A DNA stretch of 64,000 bases from an uncultured Candidatus Poseidoniales archaeon (GCA_963934015.1 CAWVWT010000001.1:120574-184573); one strand, 5' to 3'; counted from the first letter of the stretch, positions 1 to 14,593 are shown. A program made the numbers and translations. The notes: generated by a model from the letters alone, not told the origin.

Positions 1-674
1 GGTTCAGGTTCGGTGTCAGCAATATCGACTGGGCCAAACAATACTCCACCGAGATCTGTATCCAACCAATTTTCACCGACGCGTTCACGCTTGACCAAGT
101 GCTGCGAAAAACGACCGCCGATTGGGGCGACTGTGAAACCACCATCACCCATTCTCGATTCGAGCCATTGTGGAAGGGAATCCAATGAACCTGTGACCAA
201 AACACGATCTAATGGCTCGGGGAGTTGAGGTGGACAGTGCGTGAGTTGCCGCATTTTCCGCACCCGTACTGTATGTGTTTCAGTGACTGAAGAAAGTCTC
301 TCGCGGACATGGTCGACGACTTCCCTTGAAGGATCGACGACTACGACTCCACCCTCTGGGCCAACAATATGTGCAATGAGTGCCGCAATATAGCCACCTT
401 TTGCCCCCAAAATTAGGACTTCTTGACCTAGAGCTAATTCGAGGTGGTGTAACATGGTCGCAATCATGTGTGGTGCTGAAATGGTCTTGACTCCGCCTTT
501 ATTGGTCTCCAAGAAGACGAGGGGGCGGTCATGCCAGAAAGGACTCAGTTCGTAATCGGTGTATTCCCCAATATCGACCGAGCGCATGGCCGCAGAAATA
601 CTGTCATTCATTGGAACGCCTGCATTTTCAAGTCGCTCTATTAGCCGGCGCGTGTGCCCCACGTACTCGACCAT
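1..674 (-). CDS. pcm: Protein-L-isoaspartate O-methyltransferase (PIMT). The 3' end runs off the window and the protein carries a C-terminal PE-rich extension.
   Basis: Minus-strand ATG at 674. Translation reads MVEYVGHTRRLIERLENAGVPMNDSISAAMRSVDIGEYTDYELSPFWHDRPLVFLETNKGGVKTISAPHMIATMLHHLELALGQEVLILGAKGGYIAALIAHIVG...VLVTGSLDSLPQWLESRMGDGGFTVAPIGG, which carries the PIMT hallmarks (ISAPHM, SAM-binding G-rich loop, GDG...AP). No stop before position 1. It is absent from the ORF track because it is incomplete. Confidence 0.75.
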   Translation of the reverse strand, partial: MVEYVGHTRRLIERLENAGVPMNDSISAAMRSVDIGEYTDYELSPFWHDRPLVFLETNKGGVKTISAPHMIATMLHHLELALGQEVLILGAKGGYIAALIAHIVGPEGGVVVVDPSREVVDHVRERLSSVTETHTVRVRKMRQLTHCPPQLPEPLDRVLVTGSLDSLPQWLESRMGDGGFTVAPIGGRFSQHLVKRERVGENWLDTDLGGVLFGPVDIADTEPE

Positions 675-753
675 GGAGCACCCATTTTGCCCCTCACTCA
701 AAAGGCTGCGGTGGGGTTCACCTCATATCCCCAAACCTCTCGCGCTAAATTGC

Positions 754-826
754 GGGTCCGTGGTCTAGCGGTTATGACGTCGCCCTTACAAGGCGAATAT
801 CACCAGTTCAAATCTGGTCGGTCCCA
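754..826 (+). tRNA. tRNA-Val (anticodon TAC)
   Basis: Cloverleaf: acceptor GGGTCCG/CGGTCCC with one U-U mismatch at 4-69. Anticodon stem TCGCC/GGCGA, loop CTTACAA. T-arm ACCAG-TTCAAAT-CTGGT. Discriminator A. TCATAT box about 27 nt upstream. Confidence 0.75.
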
Positions 827-828
827 CT

Positions 829-1518
829 TTACTGCTCTTCAACCCACTCAGCGTCATCACCGAGTGCAGTTTTGTCCAGTTCATCAAGGGTTGTTGCAAC
901 CTTTTCTGTGGTCCATACTGTGTTTTCTTTCCAAGTATCCAAATCTGGATTGATGGAGGAAAGTGCCTGTGTGAGGTTCAACGCAATGGTACCATCAGCG
1001 TCGACTTCCGCCTCGGCTGCAATGCGAACGGCTTCAATTCGTCCAAAGTGAGCATCCCATGCTTGGATGGCCTTCTGCATGGCGAAAATGACGAATGAAT
1101 GTTTATTCGATGCGCGATCACCTCCACCAAATTCACCACGCCTAACCAGATAGGATTCGCCGACACAAACTCCGACATAAACCGAGCCAATCGGTTTTCC
1201 AATGTCCCCTCCAGTGGGTCCTGCGACCCCGGTAACCGAAATGCTCAACCCACTACCGGAAGATAACTGTGCACCTTGCGCCATCCCAAGGGCGACTTCG
1301 TGACTGACTGCACCGCGTTTTTCCAATTTGGTTGGGTTAACACCCAATTGAGATATTTTTGATTCGTTGGAATATGTAACCCAACCCTGTGTGAACCAAG
1401 TTGAAGCACCAGATATATCGGTGAAACTACTGGCGAGTAAGCCGCCGGTGCATGATTCTGCCACAGACAGGCTCCACCCTTCCTTCTTCAGGCGGCGGAC
1501 GAGCCGTGCCGCGAGCAT
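829..1518 (-). CDS. CinA C-terminal domain protein (PncC-like NMN deamidase family) with acidic C-terminal tail. The longest ORF reaches 1746; the start was chosen at Met77, just before the CinA-C core.
   Basis: Motif LSVAESCTGGLLASSFTDISGASTWFTQGWVTYSNESKISQLGV...TGVAGPTGGDIGKPIGSVYVGV is typical of the CinA-C domain. A GAGGAAG purine-rich stretch precedes the Met at 1518. The alternative Met60 start is at 1569. Confidence 0.65.
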   Translation of the reverse strand: MLAARLVRRLKKEGWSLSVAESCTGGLLASSFTDISGASTWFTQGWVTYSNESKISQLGVNPTKLEKRGAVSHEVALGMAQGAQLSSGSGLSISVTGVAGPTGGDIGKPIGSVYVGVCVGESYLVRRGEFGGGDRASNKHSFVIFAMQKAIQAWDAHFGRIEAVRIAAEAEVDADGTIALNLTQALSSINPDLDTWKENTVWTTEKVATTLDELDKTALGDDAEWVEEQ

Positions 1519-1649
1519 GGAGGCTTCCTCACTCACAAACAGACGGCTTAAGCGGCTGTTCTTAGGCATGCCGACGGTATTCCTGGGGTCAAATACATCC
1601 CTCTGGGGCGCAGTAATGCCTTTGAACGGTCGCGTCGGGGTGGGGGCTT

Positions 1650-3194
1650 GTGAGCGATACTGAATGGGGCGAAATCTACCGAAAGGTGATGGCTGCAGGT
1701 CTAATTCCTGCACGTTCAGTGCGAGACCGCCTGCTAGCCTTGCCATCGATTGAACCCTTGTTACAAGCTGCTGAATCTACTGGGAGTAAAGGTATGCTGG
1801 ATGAGGTTATGCTGGACTCCTTGCTTACACAAAAAAACACACCCGTAGTTGCACGAACAATCGCCCCAATCACTCAGCCAAATCCAGTGGCACCCCCAAG
1901 AATACATGACCTTGACCATTACAAATTAGCAGATTTCCCAATGAATGCCAAAGATGTGGATGCTGATATTACAGTACATTTCGACATTACAGGTAAGAGT
2001 GTAACCGAAGGTAAAAAGGAAGATATTCAATCCTTTTTTAATGACAGACTCAAGCAAATTCGACGTTTGATCCTTGATCGAAACCTGCCCAATCGTCCCA
2101 TCGCTGTCAATGAAGCAGTCCGTCAGAAAAAACAACTAACAGGTCGCGATAATAGCTTCACCGTAATTGGCCTTGTCAAAGAATCGAATACCACGAAAAA
2201 AGGGCATTTGCGTTTTTCACTAGAAGATGCAACTGGAGAGGTCCGCTGTATGCTTATGCAACGAGATGAGGATGGGCCAAACCAAGAGATTGTCCATGCT
2301 GGATTGATGAATGATGATGTGATCGGAGTTAGTGGTACCTTCAATCAAACGGGGGATATCGTATTTGTCGATGATATTCATTTTCCATCTCTGACAAAAC
2401 ACGAACGGCGGACTGCAGGGGCAGATCAAGCGATTAGTGCTGCATTTATCTCTGATTTACATCTGGGGAGCAAAACCTTCCTTGAACCACAGTGGCAAAA
2501 AATGATCAAATGGTTTCATGATGACCCATTGGCTCAAACGGTACGCTACCTAGTCATCAGCGGAGATGGTGTAGATGGCGTTGGAATCTATCCAGGTCAA
2601 GATAAGCATCTGAACATCCCTGATTTATTCAATCAATATTCTCGCTTGGGAACCATGTTGCAAGAGTTACCCGATTGGGTCGAAGTGTTGCTCTTGCCCG
2701 GAAACCATGATGCTGTACGTCCAGCTGAACCCCAGCCAGCAATCGACCATGAATTGCAAACCGACTACAATAACACAATGTTTGTTGGAAATCCATGCGA
2801 TTTCAGCCTCAATGGTGTTCGTGTTCTTTCCTACCACGGCGTATCTATCATGGATTTTGTCTCTTCATTGCGTACTGTCACCTTTGAAACGCCTGAAGCT
2901 GCCATGCGGGCAATGATTGATCGACGACATCTCGCACCTTCATGGGGGGGGAAAACACCGCTTTCCCCTGAGCCAGAAGACCGATTGGTGATTCAAGAAA
3001 TACCTGATATTTTCGTTACCGGGCACGTTCACGGCCACCATATGGAGACTTACAAGGGTGTCAACTTGGTGCATAGTAGCACTTGGCAAGACCAAACCGA
3101 CTATCAGCGAATGCTCGGATTTCAACCCAAGCCTTGTATCCTGACCGTGGTTAATCTACACACACATGCAATGGCAGCTATTCCATTCGTTTAA
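1650..3194 (+). CDS. DNA polymerase II (PolD) small subunit DP1 (calcineurin-like phosphoesterase)
   Basis: Motifs FISDLHLGSK, VISGDGVDGVGIYPGQ, LLPGNHD and VTGHVHGH match the DP1 Mre11-like phosphoesterase. GTG start at 1650 is preceded by GGGTGGGGG. An alternative ATG lies at 1689. Confidence 0.88.
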   Translation: MSDTEWGEIYRKVMAAGLIPARSVRDRLLALPSIEPLLQAAESTGSKGMLDEVMLDSLLTQKNTPVVARTIAPITQPNPVAPPRIHDLDHYKLADFPMNAKDVDADITVHFDITGKSVTEGKKEDIQSFFNDRLKQIRRLILDRNLPNRPIAVNEAVRQKKQLTGRDNSFTVIGLVKESNTTKKGHLRFSLEDATGEVRCMLMQRDEDGPNQEIVHAGLMNDDVIGVSGTFNQTGDIVFVDDIHFPSLTKHERRTAGADQAISAAFISDLHLGSKTFLEPQWQKMIKWFHDDPLAQTVRYLVISGDGVDGVGIYPGQDKHLNIPDLFNQYSRLGTMLQELPDWVEVLLLPGNHDAVRPAEPQPAIDHELQTDYNNTMFVGNPCDFSLNGVRVLSYHGVSIMDFVSSLRTVTFETPEAAMRAMIDRRHLAPSWGGKTPLSPEPEDRLVIQEIPDIFVTGHVHGHHMETYKGVNLVHSSTWQDQTDYQRMLGFQPKPCILTVVNLHTHAMAAIPFV

Positions 3195-6100
3195 TCTTCG
3201 AAAAGATCATCTTCAATGGGCATCGAGTAGTCCAACTCATGCTTACGAGTTCGGATGAATGCAATGAGAATCATCACGACTATGGCCATAAGAGAAATCT
3301 GTACCACTGGGTCCCCAAGTAGGTCGCCAATATTCACTTTGTTATCGGAATCATCATCCGGCTCACTCTGATCAGACCCAGAGTCAGGCAGTGGCGATGC
3401 TGCATCCTCTTCCTCGATGACGAATTCTACACTAGAGGTGTTCATGTTGCCAGAAGCATCCGAAATGGTAACAGTCAGCGTGTAAGTCTCTAGCGCAGTG
3501 AGGTCAGGATAAGGGAAAATAGTCATGTCGTGGTTCTTGCGTAGGGCGACGGCATCGCCAGCGAAGGATTGGCCGGCGACCTCGATGGACTCTGTGGACC
3601 CCTCGCTTGTGTACCAAGTGACTCGTAACGAGCCACCCTCAATGACCTCAACGGCGAGATTCAGCAGGTCTGGCGGGGTGGTGTCAATCTCGTTGGAGGT
3701 GTTGAACGAAATGGCGACTGATGGGGCATCGCTTACGGTGATGGAACAAGAATAGGCTATACCTGCATCCAATCCCGTAACCTGCAGAGCCTGAGAGTAG
3801 AACATCATGGGTGTCGTGAAACTGTTGTTACTACAATTCACAACCCCAATGGCTGATTTGGTCGTAGACCATGAGATGATTGCCGAGGATGTGGTGATGC
3901 TGGATACACTGACGCCAAACACCTGCTGTGCGACCTCGGGGAGTTCAATGCCAGTCAGAACAGCATAGGTCTGTGTCTCAACATCATACGATCCGAGCAT
4001 TGCAGTTTGGCTGGTTGTGTTGTCGAGTACTATATCGATGATATTCGGATCGTAATTCCGCCCATCAGCAGTGCTAGGGTCTGCACCACCACCCAATCTC
4101 CAAGTCTTTGCATCAGTATCCACATCACGCCACTTTCCAGTACCAAATCCATCCTGCGAACCAGCGACTACGATGAATCTGTATTCGGGAATATTGGCGC
4201 CAATAACACTCTTGGCCACTGTGATGGTGATTGTATTGGAATCCTTGTCAGCAGAGACTTCGATTCCTTTAGCACTGGTTTCGCCGGTACTAGCGCTGAT
4301 TGATTTCACCGCACCTGGTTCACCTGTCACAGAGACGGCCACTTCCCATGCCCAATCGTTGTGCGTTACGGCATAGGCGCCGTCCAACAGTTCTGTTTCA
4401 CCATAGGTGGTATCACCTTGATCTACATAGATTTGCACAATCTGGTGACTGAATCCGTTGGCTAGTCCCCAATAATCTGTCATCTCTGCAAATGAAATTT
4501 CAAATCGAGCATTCCATTCACTCTGGCTGACTTTGAGGTGAGTGATATCGAACAGACCAGCGCCTGGTACGAAATCACCAGCCAATGGATAGGTGTAATC
4601 ACCATCTCCAGTTTCATCACCAACCGCATCATCGATATCGAGTAGAGTGACCCATTCTTCCAAATCCGGCATCACCATCTCCGCAGGTGCTGGTGGGGCG
4701 ATTTCGACATCGGTTCCATCCCCATATGCAAAGGAATTCTGCCAACTGGTGACAACCTTGACACGGGTTGAATATCGAGGGGCAAGGCCAAGATCAGACC
4801 ATGGTATCTGGAACTCAAATACCTCATCGGCAGCACATCCACCAAGGATGGATTGCCCCGCTAGATTCCAACGCTCTGAATCACCAATTTTACCCTTAGC
4901 TTCGAAAATATCGTACTTTGCTCGGCCATCTTCCCACAACTCACCGAAGTTAAATGAAATCATGTTCTTGGCAGGGAAACCCAAAACTGTATTGCCGTAA
5001 TATGTTCTGAAATTAGTCTCGACCTCATTGAAATTGATTGCATTAGGCTGCATGAAATAGATTGAGACATCGGGCATAGCATCCATATCCATTGATTCCC
5101 AATCCTCTGGAGTACTACCGAGATCCACACGAACGTATACATTTGAGGCATCATAACCAAGATGGAATGATTCGATATCTAACAACTCGTCATCGTCACC
5201 TGCATCATATTTTGCAGCCCCATCCCATTCTCCAGGTAGGGCAATGCCGTCAATCATTGGTTCAATGATACCACTGTAAGGAATTTCTGGCAAGGCGGGA
5301 TTGGTCCACAAATCAAGTAAATAGGGCGGTAGATCAAGGTTGACTGCCCGGTAGATATTGGAAAGATGGACCTTGAACAATACATCCCACATCTCATCAT
5401 AGCCACTGTCTTGATCCAGTCCATACCACCAGTACCAATCGCTACCCTCAGCGATGTACAAGCTTTCCCACGCATCATCTAAACCCGCATGGTTGGGGTT
5501 CCCTGCCTCAAAGGCAACCAAGGCTTGGCGGGCTTCGACTGTGCGCTGCCAAGCAAGGCTTTCCTCGGCTTCTCCAGCCCATGTCGAGAGTGTGCCATCA
5601 ATCCACGACCCTGTGCCAATGACATCGATTTCGGGTAAGGTTAGATTCTTCTCAAGGAATTCGCCAGGCGTCGTTGTCACCACGGTAGGATGAGTGCTCA
5701 ATCGACTGAACCATTCCTCTGTGAATGGACGACCGTTGTCATGATGTTGGAAATCTGACATGAACATCCAATTTTCACCATCGAGAGCCACAGTGAGCAA
5801 ATGTTCGCTCGGGTCTTTGCCCTCGTCGAGCAATTGCTGACGAATGTTGTCGCAATAAGCAAGGAAATCAGAGACTGCGGCCTCAGGTGTCATCGACCCA
5901 TATTGGAAGGCGATTCGGTCGCTAATCACACGATCTCGGAAGACGACTGCGACATCATCCGTCACCCAAGGTGTCGCTAAATTCGATGCGATGGATACAT
6001 CGATGGTTTGCCCACTCATATCGGTGGACTCCTCAAGATTGAGCTCGTCAGTAATCATCCATTCAATGCCAACATCTGCCACAGGTTGGACCATTGAGGG

Positions 6101-7666
6101 GGATACTGATTGTTCGCTCGGCCACATGCCTACGGGACGGAATCCCAACTCTTGTTCAAACAAATCCATGCCATTCTGCAAATGATTGGTAACATCTTCT
6201 GGCCACGAATCTTTGTCGACTCGAATACCATCCTCAAAAGTCCATCCATCCATCATCAATAATGGCATAATCGGATGGTAATACGGTGTTGTCGTTAACT
6301 CAATTTGTCCGCTGGCAGCCAGTTCAGAATACATGGGGAGGATGTTCGACATGTGCGCTTCTTGAGCATCAAGGACGTATGTGAGATCAGGTAACGTGTA
6401 TTGCCCATTCTGCATGAACAAGTCAATCAAACCTTGATCACGGTGACTGGAATTGTAGTCCCCTTGAACATAGGATGGGCTGAATTGATACAGATACCAC
6501 AGCACCTGTAAATCCAGAAAATCTTGTGAACCAAGAAGTGTATCATCCATGATTGTTGCAGGTTTCAGATTGTGCATCGTCATGCCATGCAATTCTGAAT
6601 AGCGTTGGCTGGAGGGGTAAACCCATCCGACACGCGAATCCTCAGTTGTGACATTGTAAATCCATCCTGAATTCCAGAATGATTGGAATTGCATCGTATG
6701 CAATTCAAGTGCAGTGGCATTGGGATAACCTTCTGAATTCCAAGAACGACGGGCAATATCTGTGTGTACATCAAGCACACCATTCTCAGAATAATCAAGT
6801 AATTGCTCAATGAAGGATGGCACCAGGTTGTACGTCACCTTGGTATCCGTTGTGGATAGAATACCAGGACTGTCCACATATTCAGTCATGGCATGAACTC
6901 GAACCCAAGGCATCTCGACCATTCCGGTCAACTTGTTTTTGTAATACGGTTGATGCTGGTGAAATACAATCGCTAGATTCAGTGCATCATCGACTTTCTC
7001 AATCGGGTTGTCCGAAGTTAGAATGGATACATTGGAACTGGATTGAGATGTTGACCTATTCTCAATTTGATACCAATGCGTGAACGCTTCAGCACCATTT
7101 TCTGAAGCCGGGTTCTCTTGCGGGAAAACGGTCCAAACATTACCCGCATCTTGCCATTGGGACCATGCGACAACACCGATATTCTCAGGGGAATCTATGC
7201 CATCCCATGGAATTGCAATTTCTGTGTTTTGATTGCCAGACCACCCAATCCACTCAGAGGGGGATGCGGCGCTGTCAACCCACCCAGTTCCATCATAAGT
7301 TTGCAAAGAAGAGTAGGAATTGTCCTCAAGCACAAATGCATGATCTGCTGCAAACGGAAGTGTCTGGGCCAGATTCCAGTTTTTTGACAATGGGCTTCCG
7401 CCTTCACTGGTGTTCAGATAAACAAACATATCCGCCCCTTCACTTTCACTGGCCCAATCGGTACCGGACCAACCAAGGAATAGATGCGTAGAATTCCAAG
7501 TCATTCGAAATGTCACAGCATTGGCATCAGAAGATTGGAATGAATCGTTAGGCCAATCACTCATATCCCCATCTAGTGTAATTTCGTCAGGGGTGGTGGC
7601 TGTAACCACACCTAACCAAGCCGGTGCCAGAAATAGTGCGACGAGTACGGCTGCGGTCCGATGCAT
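3191..7666 (-). CDS. Secreted, C-terminally membrane-anchored GH57-family alpha-glucan hydrolase (amylopullulanase-like) with large N- and C-terminal accessory domains
   Basis: Signal peptide MHRTAAVLVALFLAPAWLGVVTA. The GH57 signature LAIVFHQHQPYY is followed by a catalytic region. C-terminal TM (ISLMAIVVMILIAFI) is followed by RTRK and an acidic tail. Convergent 4-nt overlap with the PolD gene. Confidence 0.8.
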   Translation of the reverse strand: MHRTAAVLVALFLAPAWLGVVTATTPDEITLDGDMSDWPNDSFQSSDANAVTFRMTWNSTHLFLGWSGTDWASESEGADMFVYLNTSEGGSPLSKNWNLAQTLPFAADHAFVLEDNSYSSLQTYDGTGWVDSAASPSEWIGWSGNQNTEIAIPWDGIDSPENIGVVAWSQWQDAGNVWTVFPQENPASENGAEAFTHWYQIENRSTSQSSSNVSILTSDNPIEKVDDALNLAIVFHQHQPYYKNKLTGMVEMPWVRVHAMTEYVDSPGILSTTDTKVTYNLVPSFIEQLLDYSENGVLDVHTDIARRSWNSEGYPNATALELHTMQFQSFWNSGWIYNVTTEDSRVGWVYPSSQRYSELHGMTMHNLKPATIMDDTLLGSQDFLDLQVLWYLYQFSPSYVQGDYNSSHRDQGLIDLFMQNGQYTLPDLTYVLDAQEAHMSNILPMYSELAASGQIELTTTPYYHPIMPLLMMDGWTFEDGIRVDKDSWPEDVTNHLQNGMDLFEQELGFRPVGMWPSEQSVSPSMVQPVADVGIEWMITDELNLEESTDMSGQTIDVSIASNLATPWVTDDVAVVFRDRVISDRIAFQYGSMTPEAAVSDFLAYCDNIRQQLLDEGKDPSEHLLTVALDGENWMFMSDFQHHDNGRPFTEEWFSRLSTHPTVVTTTPGEFLEKNLTLPEIDVIGTGSWIDGTLSTWAGEAEESLAWQRTVEARQALVAFEAGNPNHAGLDDAWESLYIAEGSDWYWWYGLDQDSGYDEMWDVLFKVHLSNIYRAVNLDLPPYLLDLWTNPALPEIPYSGIIEPMIDGIALPGEWDGAAKYDAGDDDELLDIESFHLGYDASNVYVRVDLGSTPEDWESMDMDAMPDVSIYFMQPNAINFNEVETNFRTYYGNTVLGFPAKNMISFNFGELWEDGRAKYDIFEAKGKIGDSERWNLAGQSILGGCAADEVFEFQIPWSDLGLAPRYSTRVKVVTSWQNSFAYGDGTDVEIAPPAPAEMVMPDLEEWVTLLDIDDAVGDETGDGDYTYPLAGDFVPGAGLFDITHLKVSQSEWNARFEISFAEMTDYWGLANGFSHQIVQIYVDQGDTTYGETELLDGAYAVTHNDWAWEVAVSVTGEPGAVKSISASTGETSAKGIEVSADKDSNTITITVAKSVIGANIPEYRFIVVAGSQDGFGTGKWRDVDTDAKTWRLGGGADPSTADGRNYDPNIIDIVLDNTTSQTAMLGSYDVETQTYAVLTGIELPEVAQQVFGVSVSSITTSSAIISWSTTKSAIGVVNCSNNSFTTPMMFYSQALQVTGLDAGIAYSCSITVSDAPSVAISFNTSNEIDTTPPDLLNLAVEVIEGGSLRVTWYTSEGSTESIEVAGQSFAGDAVALRKNHDMTIFPYPDLTALETYTLTVTISDASGNMNTSSVEFVIEEEDAASPLPDSGSDQSEPDDDSDNKVNIGDLLGDPVVQISLMAIVVMILIAFIRTRKHELDYSMPIEDDLFED

Positions 7667-7725
7667 CGCTCCCGCGAGTCCGTTTCACATCAAAGGTTTT
7701 CCACCTCCCCTGCCGGAGGCCGGGT

Positions 7726-9015
7726 ATGCGCGAGGCGGGGATATTGTGTCACATCACATCCTTACCGTCTGGAAAGTTGGGTCCTGATGCCTTCACATTC
7801 ATCGATTTAATTGCCGAAGCTGGGATTTCCGTATGGCAAGTTTTGCCAATAACACCACCTGATGAACATCACAGTCCATATGCATCGACCAGCGCATTCG
7901 CAGGATGGGTCAAATTGTGCGACCCTTCCTTTGAGGATGACCCCGATCACGAATTGGTTCGAGATTGGCTCAGTGTCAATGCACACTGGGCATGGGATTG
8001 GGGACTGTATGATGTCCTCAAAGAAGCGCATGCCGAAAAACCGTGGTTTGAGTGGCCTGAACCACTGCGTGATCGGCATCCAGGTGCCATTGAAGAAGCC
8101 ATGCAGAGGTATATGCCGCAAATTCGAGGTCGAATTATGAATCAGGTTAGGTTCCAGCGGGACTGGATGATATTACGACATTATGCCACCCAAAAAGGTG
8201 TCAAAATGTTTGGTGATCTACCTATCTTCGTCGCCAGAGATTCTGTTGATGTTTGGGTCCGACCCCACTTGTTCCATCATGACGTAGTAGCTGGGGTACC
8301 ACCCGACTATTTCTCCGAGGATGGGCAGCGTTGGGGTACGATGCTATACGATTGGGATGCGCATCGTGAAGATGATTGGACATGGTGGAGAATGCGGATG
8401 GCTCGCATTTGCGGTCTGTTTGATATGATACGAATCGATCACTTCCGTGGCTTTGATTCTGCATGGACAATTCCCTTGGAGGAGGATACCGCGAGAAATG
8501 GACAATGGGTGAATGGACCGGGGGATGATATCCTCCAAGCCATCATCGATGTTTCCGGCGACACCCTGATTGTTGCTGAAGATCTTGGAATCATCCCCCA
8601 GAGTGTCACTGAGCTCCGAAAAAGACACAACCTTCCAGGAATGTCTGTACTCCACTTCGGATTTGGTGACGAAAATGACGATAATCCACACCGGCCCGAG
8701 AACCTCTCCAAAGATCGAATTGTTTACACTGGGACGCATGATAATGATTCGACCATGGGGTGGTGGGGTTCTGCAACACCCGAGCTCAAAGTACGCGTCA
8801 TTGAGGTTGGACTGGCTGGTGAAAATGCATGTGATACACTCATCAGATTGGCAATGGAATCTCCGGCACCTTTGGCAATTATCCCCCTTCAAGATATCTT
8901 ACAATTGGGTTCGGATTCACGAATGAATACACCAGGACAAGTTGCTGGAAATTGGGCCTGGAGATTTGATTGGCCTGAATTGGCCAATGGAAATTGGGAG
9001 AGCTTCAAACGCTGA
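7726..9015 (+). CDS. malQ: 4-alpha-glucanotransferase (amylomaltase, GH77)
   Basis: First in-frame ATG at 7726 (MREAGILCHITSLPSG...). GH77 motifs IDHFRGF, YTGTHDNDS and WVNGPGDD. The track ORF begins at an upstream GTG at 7624, giving a non-conserved extension. Confidence 0.88.
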   Translation: MREAGILCHITSLPSGKLGPDAFTFIDLIAEAGISVWQVLPITPPDEHHSPYASTSAFAGWVKLCDPSFEDDPDHELVRDWLSVNAHWAWDWGLYDVLKEAHAEKPWFEWPEPLRDRHPGAIEEAMQRYMPQIRGRIMNQVRFQRDWMILRHYATQKGVKMFGDLPIFVARDSVDVWVRPHLFHHDVVAGVPPDYFSEDGQRWGTMLYDWDAHREDDWTWWRMRMARICGLFDMIRIDHFRGFDSAWTIPLEEDTARNGQWVNGPGDDILQAIIDVSGDTLIVAEDLGIIPQSVTELRKRHNLPGMSVLHFGFGDENDDNPHRPENLSKDRIVYTGTHDNDSTMGWWGSATPELKVRVIEVGLAGENACDTLIRLAMESPAPLAIIPLQDILQLGSDSRMNTPGQVAGNWAWRFDWPELANGNWESFKR

Positions 9016-9069
9016 AAAGTGTCTAACCACTATGGGGTCAAATTCATAGGACTGTGGAAGCGGACCGAG

Positions 9070-10673
9070 ATGGTTGGAATGAGTATTGGCTACCTCTCTG
9101 CGGAAGTCGGTTTTGAAAGTGGCCTCCATACCTATTCAGGTGGACTAGGTGTACTCGCTGGAGATCACATCAAATCCGCGGCGGACGCTGGAATCGATCT
9201 TGTTGGCTGCACCCTATTGTACCGAGAGGGCTATGGTCGACAACACTTGGACGAGGATGGGAATCAGACTGAAACATTCGGCGAGATTGACCCGCTGGAG
9301 TATCTTTGTGACACTGGAGTGGAAATTTCACTCCCACTCGATGGGACCATACTGTATTCAAAAATTTGGAAATATCAAATCAAGGATTTGCCAACATACT
9401 TTCTCGACACCCGTCATCCAGATAATTCCCCTGCGCATGCAAATCTCGGAAATCGCCTCTATGGTGGTGATGATTCAACACGAATACGCCAAGAGTATCT
9501 GTTGGGGATCGGGGGTATTCGTGCTCTTCAAGCACTAGGGCACAAAATTACAGGTTTGCATCTAAACGAAGGTCACTGCACGTTTGCGATGCTCGAAATG
9601 TTACACCAAGGATGGACACGCGAAGAACTTCGACAGCGATGCCTCTTTACCACCCACACACCGGTTCCCGCGGGTCATGACCGATTTGGCTGGGATGCTG
9701 TGGAACATGTACTTGGAAAATTGCTGCCATCTGATGCAAGAAGACTTGTCAAGGACGACCAAAGTTGCTCGATGAGTCACCTCGCTGTAGCACTGGCGGG
9801 TCAGGTCAACGCTGTTTCAAATCTGAATGCCTATGTTGCGAGTGGAATGTTTGAGGATACACACATCCATCCGGTTACCAATGGTGTACATCACAAAACA
9901 TGGACCAGCCCTGCCATGGCTCGCCTTTTTGATATGCACCTCAAGGGTTGGAGATCTGACCCCACCACTTTAGCACACGCTGGACGAATTCCGGATGCTG
10001 ATTTGATAGATGCGAGACAAGAGGCACGCGCTGTGCTTCGGGATCTCGTCAAGATTTCAACGGGTGTCGAATTTCATGAAGACCGGTTGACAATTGGATT
10101 TGCGCGCCGTTTTGCGACATACAAACGGGCAAATCTCGTCTTTAGTGACTTAGAGAGGTTGCGTTCACTTGGAACGAAAAAAATTCAGTTTGTCTTCGCG
10201 GGAAAAGCGCATCCTCGTGACGAAGGCGGTAAACAACTCATCCGTGATATCTTCGAAGGTGCTTCACAGGTTGCAGATGAAATTCCGGTTGCTTTCCTCG
10301 AGGATTATTCGATGGACACAGGTCTAGCGATGACTAGTGGTGTCGACATTTGGTTAAACAATCCAATTCGACCCATGGAAGCGAGTGGAACTAGTGGGAT
10401 GAAGGCAGCCATGAATGGTGTACCCAACTGTAGTATTCTCGATGGATGGTGGCCTGAAGCCTGTCAGCATGGGGTCAATGGTTGGGGTATTGGAGAAGGT
10501 GAAGATGAACGAGATGATGACCGAGATGCAAAGTCCGTGTATGATACACTCGAACATGAAGTGCTGCCTGCTTGGAATGATGGCCCCGAACACTGGAATG
10601 ACCTGATGCGTGCATCCATCGCAACCAGTGCCCGATTTACAGGCGCTCGTATGATCAGTGATTATCTGCGGTT

Positions 10674-10701
<28 letters not shown>
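9070..10701 (+). CDS. glgP: Alpha-glucan (maltodextrin/glycogen) phosphorylase, archaeal short GT35 type
   Basis: YSGGLGVLAGDH near the N-terminus and the PLP-lysine motif EASGTSGMKAAMNGV. The track ORF starts at GTG 9019 and the first ATG is 9070. It follows malQ with a 3-55 nt gap and is probably co-transcribed. Confidence 0.85.
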
Positions 10702-13792
<3,091 letters not shown>

Positions 13793-13796
<4 letters not shown>

Positions 13797-14593
13797 TCCT
13801 TCGGGAAGAGGGTGTTCGCAGTTTCAACTATTTCGTCTATATGTTTACAGAGAAAACCCTTCACGAAATCATTCACAGGATTGTTATAAACGTCCAACGG
13901 CGCACCATGTTGTTGCAATTCACCGTCATTTAGAATAGCGATTCTATCTGCCAATGTCATCGCTTCAATCTGGTCGTGTGTGACATAGACAGTTGTGGTT
14001 CCAAGCGTATCGTGAATACGGCGAATCTCAGCGCGCATATGGTGACGGAGTTCGGCATCTAGATTGGAAAGTGGTTCGTCCATTAGCAAAACCTTTGGTC
14101 GGCGAATCAAAGCTCGACCCAGAGCCACACGCTGACGCTGACCACCAGAGAGTTGCTTGGGTTTTTTGTCGAGTTGGTCGGCTAGTTCCATCAATTTGGC
14201 CGTCTCCTGTACCCGCTTGACAATCTCTTCATCAGACAAACGATCTTCCCCTTTTGCCATGCGTAAACCGAAGGAAAGATTCTCTGAAATCGACATATGT
14301 GGATACAGTGCATACGATTGGAAAACCATGCCCAAACCACGTGCTCCAGGCGGTAAATCGTTCACTTTGGCACCGTCAATTCTGATATTTCCAGCACTTA
14401 CATCTTCAAGGCCGGCTAGCATGCGCAAAGTCGTTGATTTACCACAACCGCTGGGCCCTAAAAGAACAAGGAATTCGCCATCTTTAACCTCGAGATTGAG
14501 GTCTTTGACCGCCTCAAATCCGTTCTCATATCGCTTTGTTACACTTTCATATCGTACTTCGACCATAGTATCACCCTTTGACGCTCCCTGCAC
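13793..14593 (-). CDS. Sugar ABC transporter ATP-binding protein (MalK/MsmX-like) lacking the C-terminal regulatory domain (266 aa)
   Basis: Walker A GPSGCGKST, Q-loop, signature LSGGQRQRVALGRAL, Walker B LLMDEPLSNLD, H-loop. Start and stop overlap neighbouring genes (ATGA coupling). Confidence 0.88.

Noticed and set aside
13-228. Plus-strand 71-aa ORF at the window start
   Set aside because: It lies antisense inside the well-supported pcm (PIMT) coding region on the minus strand. Its composition is not acidic and it has no motif.
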